The notes: generated by a model not told the origin, from the sequence alone. Positions 38,288 through 48,810 are shown, counted from the first letter of the stretch. The stretch: 64,000 bases of DNA from Candidatus Latescibacterota bacterium (GCA_965217585.1 OZ244561.1:5056001-5120000), one strand, 5' to 3'. Numbers and translations are program-made.

Positions 38288-40471
38288 TCAGTATGCCACT
38301 TCGACGACGGTGGTGGCCGTCTCGGCGCTGGCCGCGCTGTGCACCTCTACGTGAGCCAGATAGATCCCGGGCGGCACGAGCTCGCCACCGCCGTTGGTTC
38401 CATCCCATGGGATCGACCAGTGACCGCCTCCCTGCTCGCCGGAGAAGAGGCGGCGGACCAGGTGGCCGGCCAGATCGAGCACCCTCACCTCCACGGCCAC
38501 GGGACCGATCACGCGCGACAGGTCGTAGGAGATGCGGGTCCGGTCGTTGATCCCGTCGCCGTTGGGGCTGAAGGGCCGCGGTACGGCCCGGGTATTGATC
38601 AGGACGTCGCCGCCCGAAAGGGGCACGTCCACCGACAGCACCCGCGGATCCGCCGTTCCCACCGGAGGAAAGGTGGCGTCCTCGGGGCCGAGGTGGTCCG
38701 CGTTTCCGGCGAGGATCTTCTGACCGCTGATCCCGGTCCCGGTGTTGCCGGCCCACCCGGTAAAGGTCGTCCCGTATCTGAGGACGCGGCAGCGAAACCG
38801 GATCCTCAGGACGGCGGCCTCGTCGGCCTCGAGGTCGCTATCCGTTATGAGCGGGAAGCGCACCCGGAACCGCCGTTCCTCCACCGCCTCGATGCCGAAG
38901 TCGGCGGCCGGATCGGTGGGCAGCGCCGACGGGCTCAGATCCTGACCGGAGAAATCCGCCGCCTCGGTGCGACCGTCGCGGAAAAGGACCTGGACCGAGT
39001 CGATCGCTTCGACCCGGACCGGCGTGGCGATCTCGAAGGTGTCGAAGCCGCTGTCCCGGCCCGGCCGTATCCGGGTCGGCATGACCGCGTAGGTGAAGGT
39101 TTCCGGAACGGCCAGCTCGACCTGACGAGGGTAGATCTCTCCGACGATCCGCTCGGCCGCCGGCGGAAACACCGTGAAGGCCAGCTGCCCAACCCCGGTC
39201 GCTGCCTCCAGGTCCCGGCTCACCAGTTCGACCCGGACCTGAAAATAGCGCCGTGGGCCTGGAGTGCTGACGACCGCCCCGAGCGGCTCGTCATTGATGT
39301 TCTCGACCGTGATGCCGCTGGTGCCCTCTTGCCCATAGGGAGCCGACCACGGCGTCCAGGCGTCTGGATCGTCCCGGATCTCGCCCCGTGGCCTCAGGCC
39401 GCGATAGTCCTCCAAGCTCAGAGCAACCCGGTTCTTTTCTGCCAGCGGCAGCGCCCGGTAGGCTCGCAGCGCATCGAGCGGCTCCAGATCGTCTAGGGCA
39501 ATCTGCTCTCCCTCGGCCGTGGTGGCGACCGCGCCCTGCTTCCAGGGGAGATTCACCGAACCACCGGGACCGGGGCGGGTGAATTCCAGAGGCGTATCGT
39601 CATGCCCGGCGCGCGTCGTAATGCGGGCCTGCGCCAGCCCTTGGGGACCCAGGCTCTCCTCGATCCACCGGATCTTGCCCCACACGCCCCAGTTGTCCCC
39701 CAGATCGTAGACATTGGAGATGTACTGGGCCCCGGGCACGAACCCCGCCCCGAATACCCGAAACTCGGCGATTTCGAAGCCGACGACCGTCTGGGACTTC
39801 AGTCGCAGGAAGCGCAGGTACTGGGGGGGAATCCGCAGGTCGACCACGGGCTGGTCGTTCTGCAGCTCCAGCTTGAAGCTGGTCCGCACCGGCCTGCCGG
39901 ACTCGTCTCTGGCATTCTCGCTGCCGTCGTTGACCAGAAGCTCGTACGCGCGCAGATAGTCGTTCTGGAACGGAAAGTCGGGCGTCTCGAAACCTGGAGC
40001 GTTCCTCGGAAAGAACTGGATCCGGTTCACCCCGAAGGGCGCGCCCAGGTCAACGTCGAACATGGCCCCGAAGGCGAGGACCTGCGGCCCCCCCGCTTCG
40101 CCCTTCTGGGTGAAAGCCGTCTCGAGATCGCCGTCCACCATCAGGAGCAGTTCCTCGGCGATGCCGAGCGTCAAGATGTTCGGCGAGGTCAGGGTGGCTC
40201 CGGCCGCGATATTCCTGGTGGAGTCGGCTCTCTGGGGGAAGATCCAGCCCGGTTTTCCGGGAGAGTCGAAGTCCACCACATCGCCCGGGGTGTTGGTGAT
40301 CGCGGCCTCGGCGACACTGATCTGCACCGCGGCCGGGATCTGGCCGCCGCCGCCGTTCCAGGGTTGGCCGCTGGCGCCGCCCAGCACCCGGCTTTCGGCA
40401 GCCAGATTCTGGGCCACCAGGCAGAATGCCCCGAGCACGCCCAGGCTGAGGCTGATCCACTGCATTCTCAC
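38288..40471 (-). CDS. Secreted protein with discoidin-like region and C-terminal FlgD-Ig/CHU_C domain
   Basis: Signal peptide; DGD.ET, DLG...VNRI; PFSPNGDGIND...DL.G.LVR...WDG...V.PG.Y. Confidence 0.8.
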   Translation of the reverse strand: MRMQWISLSLGVLGAFCLVAQNLAAESRVLGGASGQPWNGGGGQIPAAVQISVAEAAITNTPGDVVDFDSPGKPGWIFPQRADSTRNIAAGATLTSPNILTLGIAEELLLMVDGDLETAFTQKGEAGGPQVLAFGAMFDVDLGAPFGVNRIQFFPRNAPGFETPDFPFQNDYLRAYELLVNDGSENARDESGRPVRTSFKLELQNDQPVVDLRIPPQYLRFLRLKSQTVVGFEIAEFRVFGAGFVPGAQYISNVYDLGDNWGVWGKIRWIEESLGPQGLAQARITTRAGHDDTPLEFTRPGPGGSVNLPWKQGAVATTAEGEQIALDDLEPLDALRAYRALPLAEKNRVALSLEDYRGLRPRGEIRDDPDAWTPWSAPYGQEGTSGITVENINDEPLGAVVSTPGPRRYFQVRVELVSRDLEAATGVGQLAFTVFPPAAERIVGEIYPRQVELAVPETFTYAVMPTRIRPGRDSGFDTFEIATPVRVEAIDSVQVLFRDGRTEAADFSGQDLSPSALPTDPAADFGIEAVEERRFRVRFPLITDSDLEADEAAVLRIRFRCRVLRYGTTFTGWAGNTGTGISGQKILAGNADHLGPEDATFPPVGTADPRVLSVDVPLSGGDVLINTRAVPRPFSPNGDGINDRTRISYDLSRVIGPVAVEVRVLDLAGHLVRRLFSGEQGGGHWSIPWDGTNGGGELVPPGIYLAHVEVHSAASAETATTVVEVAY

Positions 40472-40487
40472 TCGATAGACCCTGGCG

Positions 40488-43013
40488 TCAATACGCTACG
40501 TGGACCACGCGGTGCGCCTTGCGGCTCGATACGTCCGCGTCCGAATCCACCTCGATCTCCAACAGGTAGGTCCCGGGAGGCACCAGCCGGCCGCTCTGGT
40601 CGTGGCCGGACCAGCGGACCGTGTAGGATCCGCTCACGAGGGGACGCCGCTCCTCCCACGCCCGCACCAGGCCGCCGCCCAGATCGTAGAGGCGGGTCCT
40701 CACCGCGCGCTGCCCGGTGAGTCGGAAGACCGAGAACTCGAACCGCGCTTCGTCGTTGATCCCATCCCCGTTCGGGGTCAGGATCGGAGCACTGATCGTC
40801 AACGGGCCCATCACCCGCCTGTCTTCCAACGGCCCTCGCAACAGCATCCCCTGACTCGAGGCCAGGGCGGTTGCATCGCCGGGATCCACCCGTTGCCACC
40901 GATCGGCCTCGGACGAATTTCCCAGTTCCGCCTGCAGGATGGCACCGGGGCGGAACAGGGTCGTGGTGAACCGCACTTCGATCAGGTCGATGTCGGAGCC
41001 CATCGCCGAATCGAGGCGCACCCACAGCGAGTCCGATCCGGCCGGGACCTGCTCCAGATCGGATGGTCCCAGTTCGGCCACCGGGCCGGCTTCCCACTGC
41101 GACTCCCGGCCCATGCGGAGGAGGTGAAAATCCAGGTCCACCCCGGGAGCGTACAGGCGAATCTGGTCCATTCCCGGGCCGCTCCGCAGGAACCGGGCTT
41201 TGACGAACAGGGACAGGGTGTCGATGGCACCCAACTCGGATACCAAGGCCGGCTCGAGCTCGCCCCGGACCTGCCGGGCTAGGGGATCGAGAAAGTTCAG
41301 CCGAATCGACCGCAGGGAGGCCGCCTGGTGCGGATCATCCGTCATCAGCCAGGCCTGGAGCATTAGGTACGACCGCGGGCTCGGCGACGTGACGGCCCCC
41401 CCCGAGACCTCGTATTCCTCGCTCCAGTCGCTCCAGTCACCCCCCGGCACCTGCTCGGGCACGATGTCGATCTCCTTCTTGGCGAATTTGTTCAGCTTGT
41501 CGTAGGCCTCTTCGGTTATCTCGGTGCCGTCCTTCTTGAAGTAGCGGAGGACATCGGCGAGCTGGTTGCCGGTCCGACTGCGCAGCGCGATGGAGGTCCC
41601 GGGGGGCGTGTCTCCCTCCCACTCGATCGAGTTCAGCGTCCGGGTGCCGCCCAGCGTGATCAGGGGGGACGTGAGGGAAACGCGAGGCTGGTATCCCTCA
41701 CCGTAGAACTGCATCTCCCGCGTGTCCGCGTTGCCTCCCGCCATGCCGCCGGAATAGGGAATGCTGATGTAGCGGGCGACCGTGGGTTCGAACACGTTGG
41801 CGTGGTAATCCATGCCGCCGTCGCCCCCGAGCGCCTGGCTGGTCCAGGCCAGTGTTCCCTCGGGTGTCAGGGTGCCGTCCGAGGTCTGGATTTCGTACTT
41901 GGTGATGGGTCCCTCGTAACCCTTGTTCTGGAAGAGCATCTGCACTCGATCCACCCAAAAGAAGGTGCCCAGGTCGAAGAAGAAGAAGCGCTGGGCGGGC
42001 TTGACGACGGTGGTCACGACCGTCGTTTCATACAGGCCGTCCACCAAGCTGGTGACTGCGGTGGTATCAGTCTCTATCTTTTGCGCCACCCCCCGGCGGG
42101 CCGTCAACCCCAGGGCGATGTTCTCGCCTATCGTCCGCACTTCCATCTCGGCCAGACGAGGACGCTCGCGGCGGAAGTACCGGACCTCGCCACGCGATCC
42201 CGCGTCGATCGCTTCGTAGATCTCCGGCTCGACCCGGATGCTCCCATCGGCCACCCTCTTATAGTAGTCCACCGCCCCCCGGCGGCCCGGCTCCAGGGCG
42301 TCGTAGACTTCGCGGGATACTTCGGTGCCTCGCACCGAGTCACTTTCCGTCACCACGAGCTGGACGTACCGGATCTCGTCCCCCCGCCACTCAGGATCGC
42401 GGGCGTCTCCCGACGGTTTCAGCTCAATGTCGAAGACACGTTGGCTCTTGTTCGCGCCCGGACTCGCGTAGGCGACGACGTAGCTCTTGACGTCCCTCAG
42501 GCCCTGCTCGGGACGGTCGCCGTCCGAGGTCAGAAGGGTATACTGGAGAAAGGGATCCCCGAGATCCTCGTCCACGAAGGTCAGGAGGATGCGGGTCGCG
42601 GACACGACCCGCCCCAGATCCAGCTCGAACCACCAGTCGCGCAGCGGCTGGCTCGTGTTTGGCTGCCAGTACGAGGTCAGATCCCCGTCAAGGAGGTTGG
42701 CTACCCCGGCCGCATTGGTGCCGGCACTCACCGCATCCATCAAGTCGACGTCTTCGGCCGTGACTCCTTTGGGCGGGTTCCGGCTCAGGTGCTCGACAAT
42801 GTCCTGGGTCGCGTCGATATCCTTGGCCACAAAGTGCGGTCGGGCCGTGGCCGCCGGGGCGAAGAACTCCACCGTGCCGGCCGGGAAATCCCAGGTTTTC
42901 AGGTGGCGGCCCTCTACCACGATCTGGTTGCCGCGGATGACGTACCCCTGGCCCCAGACCGCGCTGCCACACAGGACCCAGAGAGCCAGCGCCAAGCTGA
43001 TCCTGCCGTTCAT
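40488..43013 (-). CDS. Secreted protein with discoidin-like domains and C-terminal FlgD-Ig/CHU_C domain
   Basis: Likely start MNGRISLAL at 43013; DGDLTSYW, ELDLG; LTPNGDGIND...WSG.D.SGRLVPPGTY. Confidence 0.8.
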   Translation of the reverse strand: MNGRISLALALWVLCGSAVWGQGYVIRGNQIVVEGRHLKTWDFPAGTVEFFAPAATARPHFVAKDIDATQDIVEHLSRNPPKGVTAEDVDLMDAVSAGTNAAGVANLLDGDLTSYWQPNTSQPLRDWWFELDLGRVVSATRILLTFVDEDLGDPFLQYTLLTSDGDRPEQGLRDVKSYVVAYASPGANKSQRVFDIELKPSGDARDPEWRGDEIRYVQLVVTESDSVRGTEVSREVYDALEPGRRGAVDYYKRVADGSIRVEPEIYEAIDAGSRGEVRYFRRERPRLAEMEVRTIGENIALGLTARRGVAQKIETDTTAVTSLVDGLYETTVVTTVVKPAQRFFFFDLGTFFWVDRVQMLFQNKGYEGPITKYEIQTSDGTLTPEGTLAWTSQALGGDGGMDYHANVFEPTVARYISIPYSGGMAGGNADTREMQFYGEGYQPRVSLTSPLITLGGTRTLNSIEWEGDTPPGTSIALRSRTGNQLADVLRYFKKDGTEITEEAYDKLNKFAKKEIDIVPEQVPGGDWSDWSEEYEVSGGAVTSPSPRSYLMLQAWLMTDDPHQAASLRSIRLNFLDPLARQVRGELEPALVSELGAIDTLSLFVKARFLRSGPGMDQIRLYAPGVDLDFHLLRMGRESQWEAGPVAELGPSDLEQVPAGSDSLWVRLDSAMGSDIDLIEVRFTTTLFRPGAILQAELGNSSEADRWQRVDPGDATALASSQGMLLRGPLEDRRVMGPLTISAPILTPNGDGINDEARFEFSVFRLTGQRAVRTRLYDLGGGLVRAWEERRPLVSGSYTVRWSGHDQSGRLVPPGTYLLEIEVDSDADVSSRKAHRVVHVAY

Positions 43014-43114
43014 GTTGCCACACCTCTCTCCCATTTGGGAGCCCGTTGACAAAGTCCTTGTGGGCAATCCAAGGGATTGACGGCTTCGCCGGCCCGCGGC
43101 CGACAGGCCGCGCC

Positions 43115-45079
43115 TCAATACGCCACCGCGATCAGGCGGGTTCCGCTGTCGCGGCCCCCTTCGCGATCGACCGCGACCCGGCATACGTAGAGCCCCGGCG
43201 GCACCAGCCGGCCGCCGCTGTCCCGTCCGTCCCAGGGCTGGATGTACTGACCCGAATGGTCCCGGCCCACATACACCTCCCGCACCAGCCGGCCCGACAG
43301 ATCCCACACCCCCACCTCCACTCGCCGGTCCTCGGTCAACTTCAGCAGGTCGTACTGGATCGCCACCGCGTCGTTGATGCCGTCCCCGTTGGGCGTAAAC
43401 GCGGCCGGCTCGACCTGCAGCCCCCCCACAATCGACGCGCCCAGCGACAGCGTCTCGACCGACAGACGGTTGCCGTCCAGCCTGTTGGTCGCATCGCCGC
43501 CCCGCACCGGTTGCCAGACCTCCGCCGGCGCCTGGCTGTCGAAAATGCGGCCCTCGAAGGTCGCCGCATACCGATACACCTCGCCCCGCAGCCGAACCTG
43601 CAGCAACTCACCGCTCTGGTTCACCTCCAGCCGCGGAAAGCTCACCACCACCCGGTCCTCGGTGCGCAGGCTGTCCGCCTCCGTGAAGACCACCGCCGCT
43701 CCCGCCACCTCGACCCCGACCACCTCCGCCACCCGGCCCCCCTGAAAGCGCAACTCCAGGCTGTCGAAACCCCGATCCTGCAGCGACAAGGTGGGCCGCA
43801 CCGCGTAAGTGAACTCGGTCAGCTCCGAAGCCTCGGCCTGCCACGGATCCACCTCCCCCACCAGATCCGTCGCCGCCGGCGGCGACGAGACCGCGAATTC
43901 CAGGAAATTCACCTGCCCCCCATCCAGAAAATCACTGGCGAAGTCAATCGAAAACTGCACGTAGTTGCGCGGCCGCGGCGCCACCATCGGCACCCCCAGA
44001 CTGTCGCCAAACGAATACGGCGCCGACCACAGGTCCCAGTTTACCGCGTCGTGGGTGATGCGGCCTTTCTCTTTTTTCTTCAGCTTGTCATACTGCGCCC
44101 GGGTCAGCGGCGATCCGTCCGCCCCATACGGGACCTCCTCGTCGCCCCGGAAGGTCCGCCGCCAGTACCGGGACGGATCGGGATCGTCGCCGCCATGGCT
44201 GCGGATAGATACCCGGGCCGACTCGTCTTGGCGGCCCGACCAGCGCACCCAGCCCAGACTGGAGGGGGCGCCCAGCGGAATGGTGTTCGAGGTATAGCTG
44301 GCGAACGGTACATACCCCTCGGCGAACACCTCCATCTCCGCAATCTCCCACGCCTGCCGCTGAAACGGGTCCAGCCACAGCGCCAGCTGTCGCACCGGCG
44401 TCCGGTCCAGGGGGATCTCCACCACCGGGCTCTTGTTCTCCGTGATCTCCGCCACCAGATCGAAGTCGAGTTTCGTGCCGACGAGCTTGCGCTGGAATGC
44501 GAGGTGAGACCGGTTCGGCGTTCCCCCGTGGGGTTCGCCACTGCCGGTGGCGATGGCGATGTGCTCGATGTAGAGCGGGGAGCCGGGACGCGGCGACACC
44601 CGCACCCGGTTCACCGGGAACAGGCCGCCCAGGTCGAAGTACAGGGTGAAGCCGGTGATACCGCCACCCGGACTGTAATCCGACAGCGACGCATTGTGCT
44701 CCAAGAAGAAGGTGGTGAAGTCCCCATCCGCGACCACGTCGAGGGTCGGATCGCGGCCATAGCCCGAGTAGCGCTCGGTCATCAGGAAGCCGCCCCGCTC
44801 CCCCACCGTGGCCAGGATGCTCTCGTCGCTGCCGTAGTAGTAGGGCGCCAGCGCTCCATTTAGGTTGACGCTGTCGAAGTCGCCGGCCCGGGCGGGATCC
44901 ACGTCGGTCCAGCTCAACTGCTCGAACTCGACGCTGCCGTCCGCTACCTCCGGGAGCAGGGGAAAGCTCGCGTAGTCCTCGCCGCCCAGCCGGTAGATCT
45001 TGACCGCATCTGCGGGACGCCACATCCCCGCGCCCGCCACCAGGCACAAGAGCAGGCCTGCCAATCGCGCTTTTGCCAA
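43115..45079 (-). CDS. Secreted protein with C-terminal FlgD-Ig/CHU_C domain
   Basis: Likely TTG start at 45079 after GAGGG RBS; FTPNGDGIND...WDGRDSGGRLVPPGLY. Confidence 0.8.
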   Translation of the reverse strand: MAKARLAGLLLCLVAGAGMWRPADAVKIYRLGGEDYASFPLLPEVADGSVEFEQLSWTDVDPARAGDFDSVNLNGALAPYYYGSDESILATVGERGGFLMTERYSGYGRDPTLDVVADGDFTTFFLEHNASLSDYSPGGGITGFTLYFDLGGLFPVNRVRVSPRPGSPLYIEHIAIATGSGEPHGGTPNRSHLAFQRKLVGTKLDFDLVAEITENKSPVVEIPLDRTPVRQLALWLDPFQRQAWEIAEMEVFAEGYVPFASYTSNTIPLGAPSSLGWVRWSGRQDESARVSIRSHGGDDPDPSRYWRRTFRGDEEVPYGADGSPLTRAQYDKLKKKEKGRITHDAVNWDLWSAPYSFGDSLGVPMVAPRPRNYVQFSIDFASDFLDGGQVNFLEFAVSSPPAATDLVGEVDPWQAEASELTEFTYAVRPTLSLQDRGFDSLELRFQGGRVAEVVGVEVAGAAVVFTEADSLRTEDRVVVSFPRLEVNQSGELLQVRLRGEVYRYAATFEGRIFDSQAPAEVWQPVRGGDATNRLDGNRLSVETLSLGASIVGGLQVEPAAFTPNGDGINDAVAIQYDLLKLTEDRRVEVGVWDLSGRLVREVYVGRDHSGQYIQPWDGRDSGGRLVPPGLYVCRVAVDREGGRDSGTRLIAVAY

Positions 45080-45139
45080 GATGGCACCCTCTTGCCGTGT
45101 GTGGGCCCAACCCGCGTGCACCGTTGGGCTGATTCTCAG

Positions 45140-45173
45140 GGAAGGGGGGATGTGAGACCACATCCCCCCTTCC
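45140..45173 (-). terminator. Perfect 15-bp hairpin downstream of the CBM9-like gene
   Basis: ggaaggggggatgtg-agac-cacatccccccttcc. Confidence 0.7.
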
Positions 45174-45222
45174 TTCGTGCTATGGAGCTTGGAGCGCTAG
45201 CAGCGAACCTGCTCGCCGCCAG

Positions 45223-46134
45223 CTACTGCGTGAACGCAGCCTTGATGCGGCCCCAGCTCTCGGCTTCGACTGCCGTGCCCAAATCGACACCCTCCTCCAC
45301 CGGAGCCAGCAGGAAGTCGGTGGATACCGACGAGGTTTGCCAAACCGTTGCCTCGCCATTCAGGATCCACTGATCTTTCGAGTTATCCTCCGTATTGTCA
45401 TAGTCGGTGATCTCCCAGTTCAGACCGATGATCTCACCTTCTACCATGTCGTGCACCACACTGACGTCCGGGTCATCCCACTGCAGGTTGTCCCACAACG
45501 TGAGCATCCACTCTGCATGGCCGGTGACGTCGGCGGCGTTGAGCTCGGCGGCATCCGACGAGTACCCATTGTCGGCCCACGGCAGTTCGCCGGTCCAGGT
45601 AGCCTGGGTCTGCCAGTACCAGGCCCACGCCGTCGCCTCGTTGTTCACGTTCAGCGACGAAGGATCGATATCCGGGAGGCGGAAGTGGATATTCTGGGCG
45701 AAGCGCGAGCCGTCCTCCGGCACTTCGCCATTGAAGGAGTCTTCGCCGCCGTGGTCCCCGTCAACGTTCATCTCGAAGCTGTCGGGTAAGTTAGCTGCGG
45801 CAGCGAGACTGGAGACGTCCCGCTTGCGGAAGTCGTCGAACAACTCGTGGTGCATATAGAGACGGTCGGTGCTTGCGCTATAACCGACGATGACCTTGCT
45901 GTTCAGACTGGACAGGTCTGTCCACTGCTCGCCGGCCGGGGACGCGTAGAGCTCTGGCCCGATCCAGTAGTCCTCGGGAACCACGGCCCACTCGGACAGA
46001 TCCCCGTCCAGGGTCGGCTCGGCACCCGCCGGGAACTGGAACGCGAGCAGAACTTGGCCCTCTGGCACATGGCCCCAGGCGGAAAAGGCAAAGCCCACGG
46101 TCAGGCACAGGGCGATAAGCATAGCTTTCTTCAT
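45223..46134 (-). CDS. Secreted CBM9/DOMON-like sugar-binding protein with C-terminal TAVE-x-SWGxIK motif
   Basis: MKKAMLIAL signal; PTLDGDLSEW, LY..., D.FE...DGD; ends TAVEAESWGRIKAAFTQ. Confidence 0.7.
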   Translation of the reverse strand: MKKAMLIALCLTVGFAFSAWGHVPEGQVLLAFQFPAGAEPTLDGDLSEWAVVPEDYWIGPELYASPAGEQWTDLSSLNSKVIVGYSASTDRLYMHHELFDDFRKRDVSSLAAAANLPDSFEMNVDGDHGGEDSFNGEVPEDGSRFAQNIHFRLPDIDPSSLNVNNEATAWAWYWQTQATWTGELPWADNGYSSDAAELNAADVTGHAEWMLTLWDNLQWDDPDVSVVHDMVEGEIIGLNWEITDYDNTEDNSKDQWILNGEATVWQTSSVSTDFLLAPVEEGVDLGTAVEAESWGRIKAAFTQ

Positions 46135-46278
46135 TATGTAGAACCTCCATGATGCTGATTCCCCGACCCCAGGCGCTCTGGGGCCGCAGGAATCGGGTTG
46201 CATGGGGAATATCGCGAGTCAGAATGTATGCGTTGGCCTTGGGGCGGTGCAACAAAAAACCGAGACCGACCACACTCG

Positions 46279-47817
46279 CTAGGGGGCAAGCTGTGCCATG
46301 CGTGCCTCTATCGTTGCAAGCTGACGGGCATCTCCCCGCCAGTGGGCGACCGCCAGCCGGTATGCCCGCAGTGCCGCATCCACTTGGCCCGTCTGTTCGT
46401 ATGCCTCCCCGAGCGCGTAGTGGGCCTTCGCGCTGGTGGCGTCCAACCTCTCCACGGCCTCGAACACCGCGATCGCCCGGTCGTAGGCCTGCTGGCGGAG
46501 GTAGTACTGTCCGAGGCTCAGGCGGGGATTGACCCAATCCGGTCGGTGGCGGATCGCTGCCCTGTAGGACTGCTCGGCCTCGCCCAGGCGCCCCTGAAGC
46601 AGCCCCACGTTGCCCAGGGCGTGGTGCCCCTTGGCATAGGTCGTGTCCAGTTCCAGGGCCTGCTCGAAGGACCGACGGGCCTGGTCCAGGCGCCCTCCCC
46701 TGGCCTCCACATAACCGATGGTGAAGTGGGCCTCGCAGGCCTCGCGCTGATCCGGGGCCCGGGCGATCACCTGGCGGGCCAGCGCCACCGCCTCGTCCAG
46801 GTTCTGTTGGTTCAGGTGGGCATGGCTCAATCCCGCGAGGGCCCTGACATGCCCGGGCTGGCGCTCCAGGACCGCCCGGTACATTCCGATGGCCTGCTCC
46901 CACCGGCCGAGCTCGCCGTAGGAGCGCCCCGCCGCCAGATAGGAGTCCAGGTCGCCGGCGGCCTGATTCACCTGTTTTTCTAGGGCTCGCACCTGGGCGG
47001 CCCGCCGGTTCAGCTCGGAAAAGCGGTCGAGCAGTATCTGGGCTTGCTCCACGCGCCCCTGGGCGGAGTAGAGATTGGCCAGGCTGTGATATGCCTCGGG
47101 ATAGGCCGGGTCGATCTCGAGAGCCCGGCGCAGCATTCCCTCGGCCTCCTCGTAGCGCTCCGCGTAGGTGTAGAGCACCCCGAGTTCCCGGTGGGCCTCC
47201 TTGTTGCCGGGATCGAATCTGACAGCGCGCGTCAACAGCTCCTCGGATTCTGCTAGGCGCCCCTGCAGCCGGAGGAGCCGGCCCAGGGTCCACAGCGCCT
47301 CAGCATCGGCCGAATCGGCCGCCACGGCCCGTACCAGGGCCTCTTCGGCCCGGTCGTACGTTCCCTGCTCCTGGTGCAGACCGGCCAGAAGACGGTACGA
47401 GGGAGCCGTGCCCGGATCGATGCGCACGGCCTCTTCCAGCAGGGCGACCGCCTCCCGGTGGCGTCCCGCCTCTCCGTAGGCCACGGCCAGATTGTGGTAG
47501 GCCAGAACAAGGCTCGAATCCAGGCGAATGGCGGCCAGATACGCGGTCTCAGCCGAATCCCTGCGGCCCAGTTTCATGTAGGCCGTGGCCAGATGGCAGT
47601 GGGCTTCCGCGGAGAGGGAGTCCAAGGCCACTGCCTGCTGATACGCGGCCAGTGCGTCGCGGTACCGGGCCTGGCGGAAATAGGTGTGCCCGAGCGTGCA
47701 GAGCCGGTCTCTCTCCGGGTCCGGCGCCGGCGATTCGGGTGCCTGGCACGCGCCCAGCCAGATCGTCATCAGGGCAGCGGCGGTGCGGCGAAACAGAACT
47801 GCGTACGTCGAATGCAT
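46279..47817 (-). CDS. Tetratricopeptide-repeat protein (probable lipoprotein)
   Basis: About 12 TPR units (A...LG..Y...G...EA...Y..A...P); LGAC near N-terminus. Confidence 0.85.
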   Translation of the reverse strand: MHSTYAVLFRRTAAALMTIWLGACQAPESPAPDPERDRLCTLGHTYFRQARYRDALAAYQQAVALDSLSAEAHCHLATAYMKLGRRDSAETAYLAAIRLDSSLVLAYHNLAVAYGEAGRHREAVALLEEAVRIDPGTAPSYRLLAGLHQEQGTYDRAEEALVRAVAADSADAEALWTLGRLLRLQGRLAESEELLTRAVRFDPGNKEAHRELGVLYTYAERYEEAEGMLRRALEIDPAYPEAYHSLANLYSAQGRVEQAQILLDRFSELNRRAAQVRALEKQVNQAAGDLDSYLAAGRSYGELGRWEQAIGMYRAVLERQPGHVRALAGLSHAHLNQQNLDEAVALARQVIARAPDQREACEAHFTIGYVEARGGRLDQARRSFEQALELDTTYAKGHHALGNVGLLQGRLGEAEQSYRAAIRHRPDWVNPRLSLGQYYLRQQAYDRAIAVFEAVERLDATSAKAHYALGEAYEQTGQVDAALRAYRLAVAHWRGDARQLATIEARMAQLAP

Positions 47818-48557
47818 CGCGCAGTCTTCCGTTGAGTCACGGGGTTGACCGGGGGTGACGCGGCTGCAGCGGTCAACCCCCCCAAGCCCGGAGGGGGCGC
47901 GGCGTGAGGGAGGCTGGAGTCGGGGGAAGAGAATTGCCACCCGTGGACGCCTTCGCGTTGACGTGGGGCCGCCGGCCGCTCCCCGCGCCGTCGGTCCGCG
48001 TCGCCGACCGAATATCGCCATCGGCACCGGCCCCAACAACTCGAGTGCTGGTGCCCGCAGGGCCGTTTCGTCGGCCTTGTTGACCAAGGCACCCGCTGGC
48101 TCGGTCAATCTGGCCTCGCCAGTCCAGGCGATTGGCGGTTCCGTCGGCCAGCGGGGCCTTCCTCCGCGAGGTCGCTGCAGAGCCGGCGGATGCCGCCGCG
48201 GCAGCCGTGGCCACGACCCTGTGGAAGTGGGGGCTGGCTTTCCCCTTCGGGGTCATCGCACCGCTCCCCGGGAGCGGAGGGCCTACCTGGAGCTGATAGA
48301 CTACCACTTGGAGGTGGGCGATGAGATAGGGGCCGAGGGGATCCTGGAGCGAGCCGCGACCCATCTGCCCCGCGACACCAAGCGCCTGCGGTATGTAGCT
48401 TCACCCCCCTGTGCCATCTGAGCTACCCGGACCTACCGCTACCGGGCGCGGCTCCTGTACCGACCGTTCGTCGATCGGGAAGCGGTGCGGCGGGCGTATG
48501 AGGAATGGACGGCCAAATTATAGCGCGGGTGGCCGCCATGCAGGTCCGCCAGCTCAT

Positions 48558-48745
48558 CTACTCCGCATCCGCCTCCCGCCAGTCGGGCAGGCTCACCGGC
48601 GTGGTGTGCACCGGCCAGCTGGCGCGGAACTCGTCCTCGTACAGCCCGATCTCCTCGACCGGGATCGGCCGGAACCCGACCCGGGCGAACAGCGGCGCGT
48701 CCGCGCGCAGGCGGAAATCCTCGCCCGCCGCATCCTGCTGCGGTA
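48558..48745 (-). pseudogene. C-terminal remnant resembling right-handed beta-helix protein tails
   Basis: DAAGEDFRLRADAPLFARVGFRPIPVEEIGLYEDEFRASWP. Confidence 0.55.
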
Positions 48746-48810
48746 CCTGTGAATCGCTCAAACCGGACCTCTCTTTCCGTAAAAGGTCTCCGCAGGGAGA
48801 CACTATACTT

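Noticed and set aside
47855-48421. Plus-strand ORF with a TPR-like tail
   Set aside because: Only the last ~45 codons look protein-like and there is no credible start; at most a remnant
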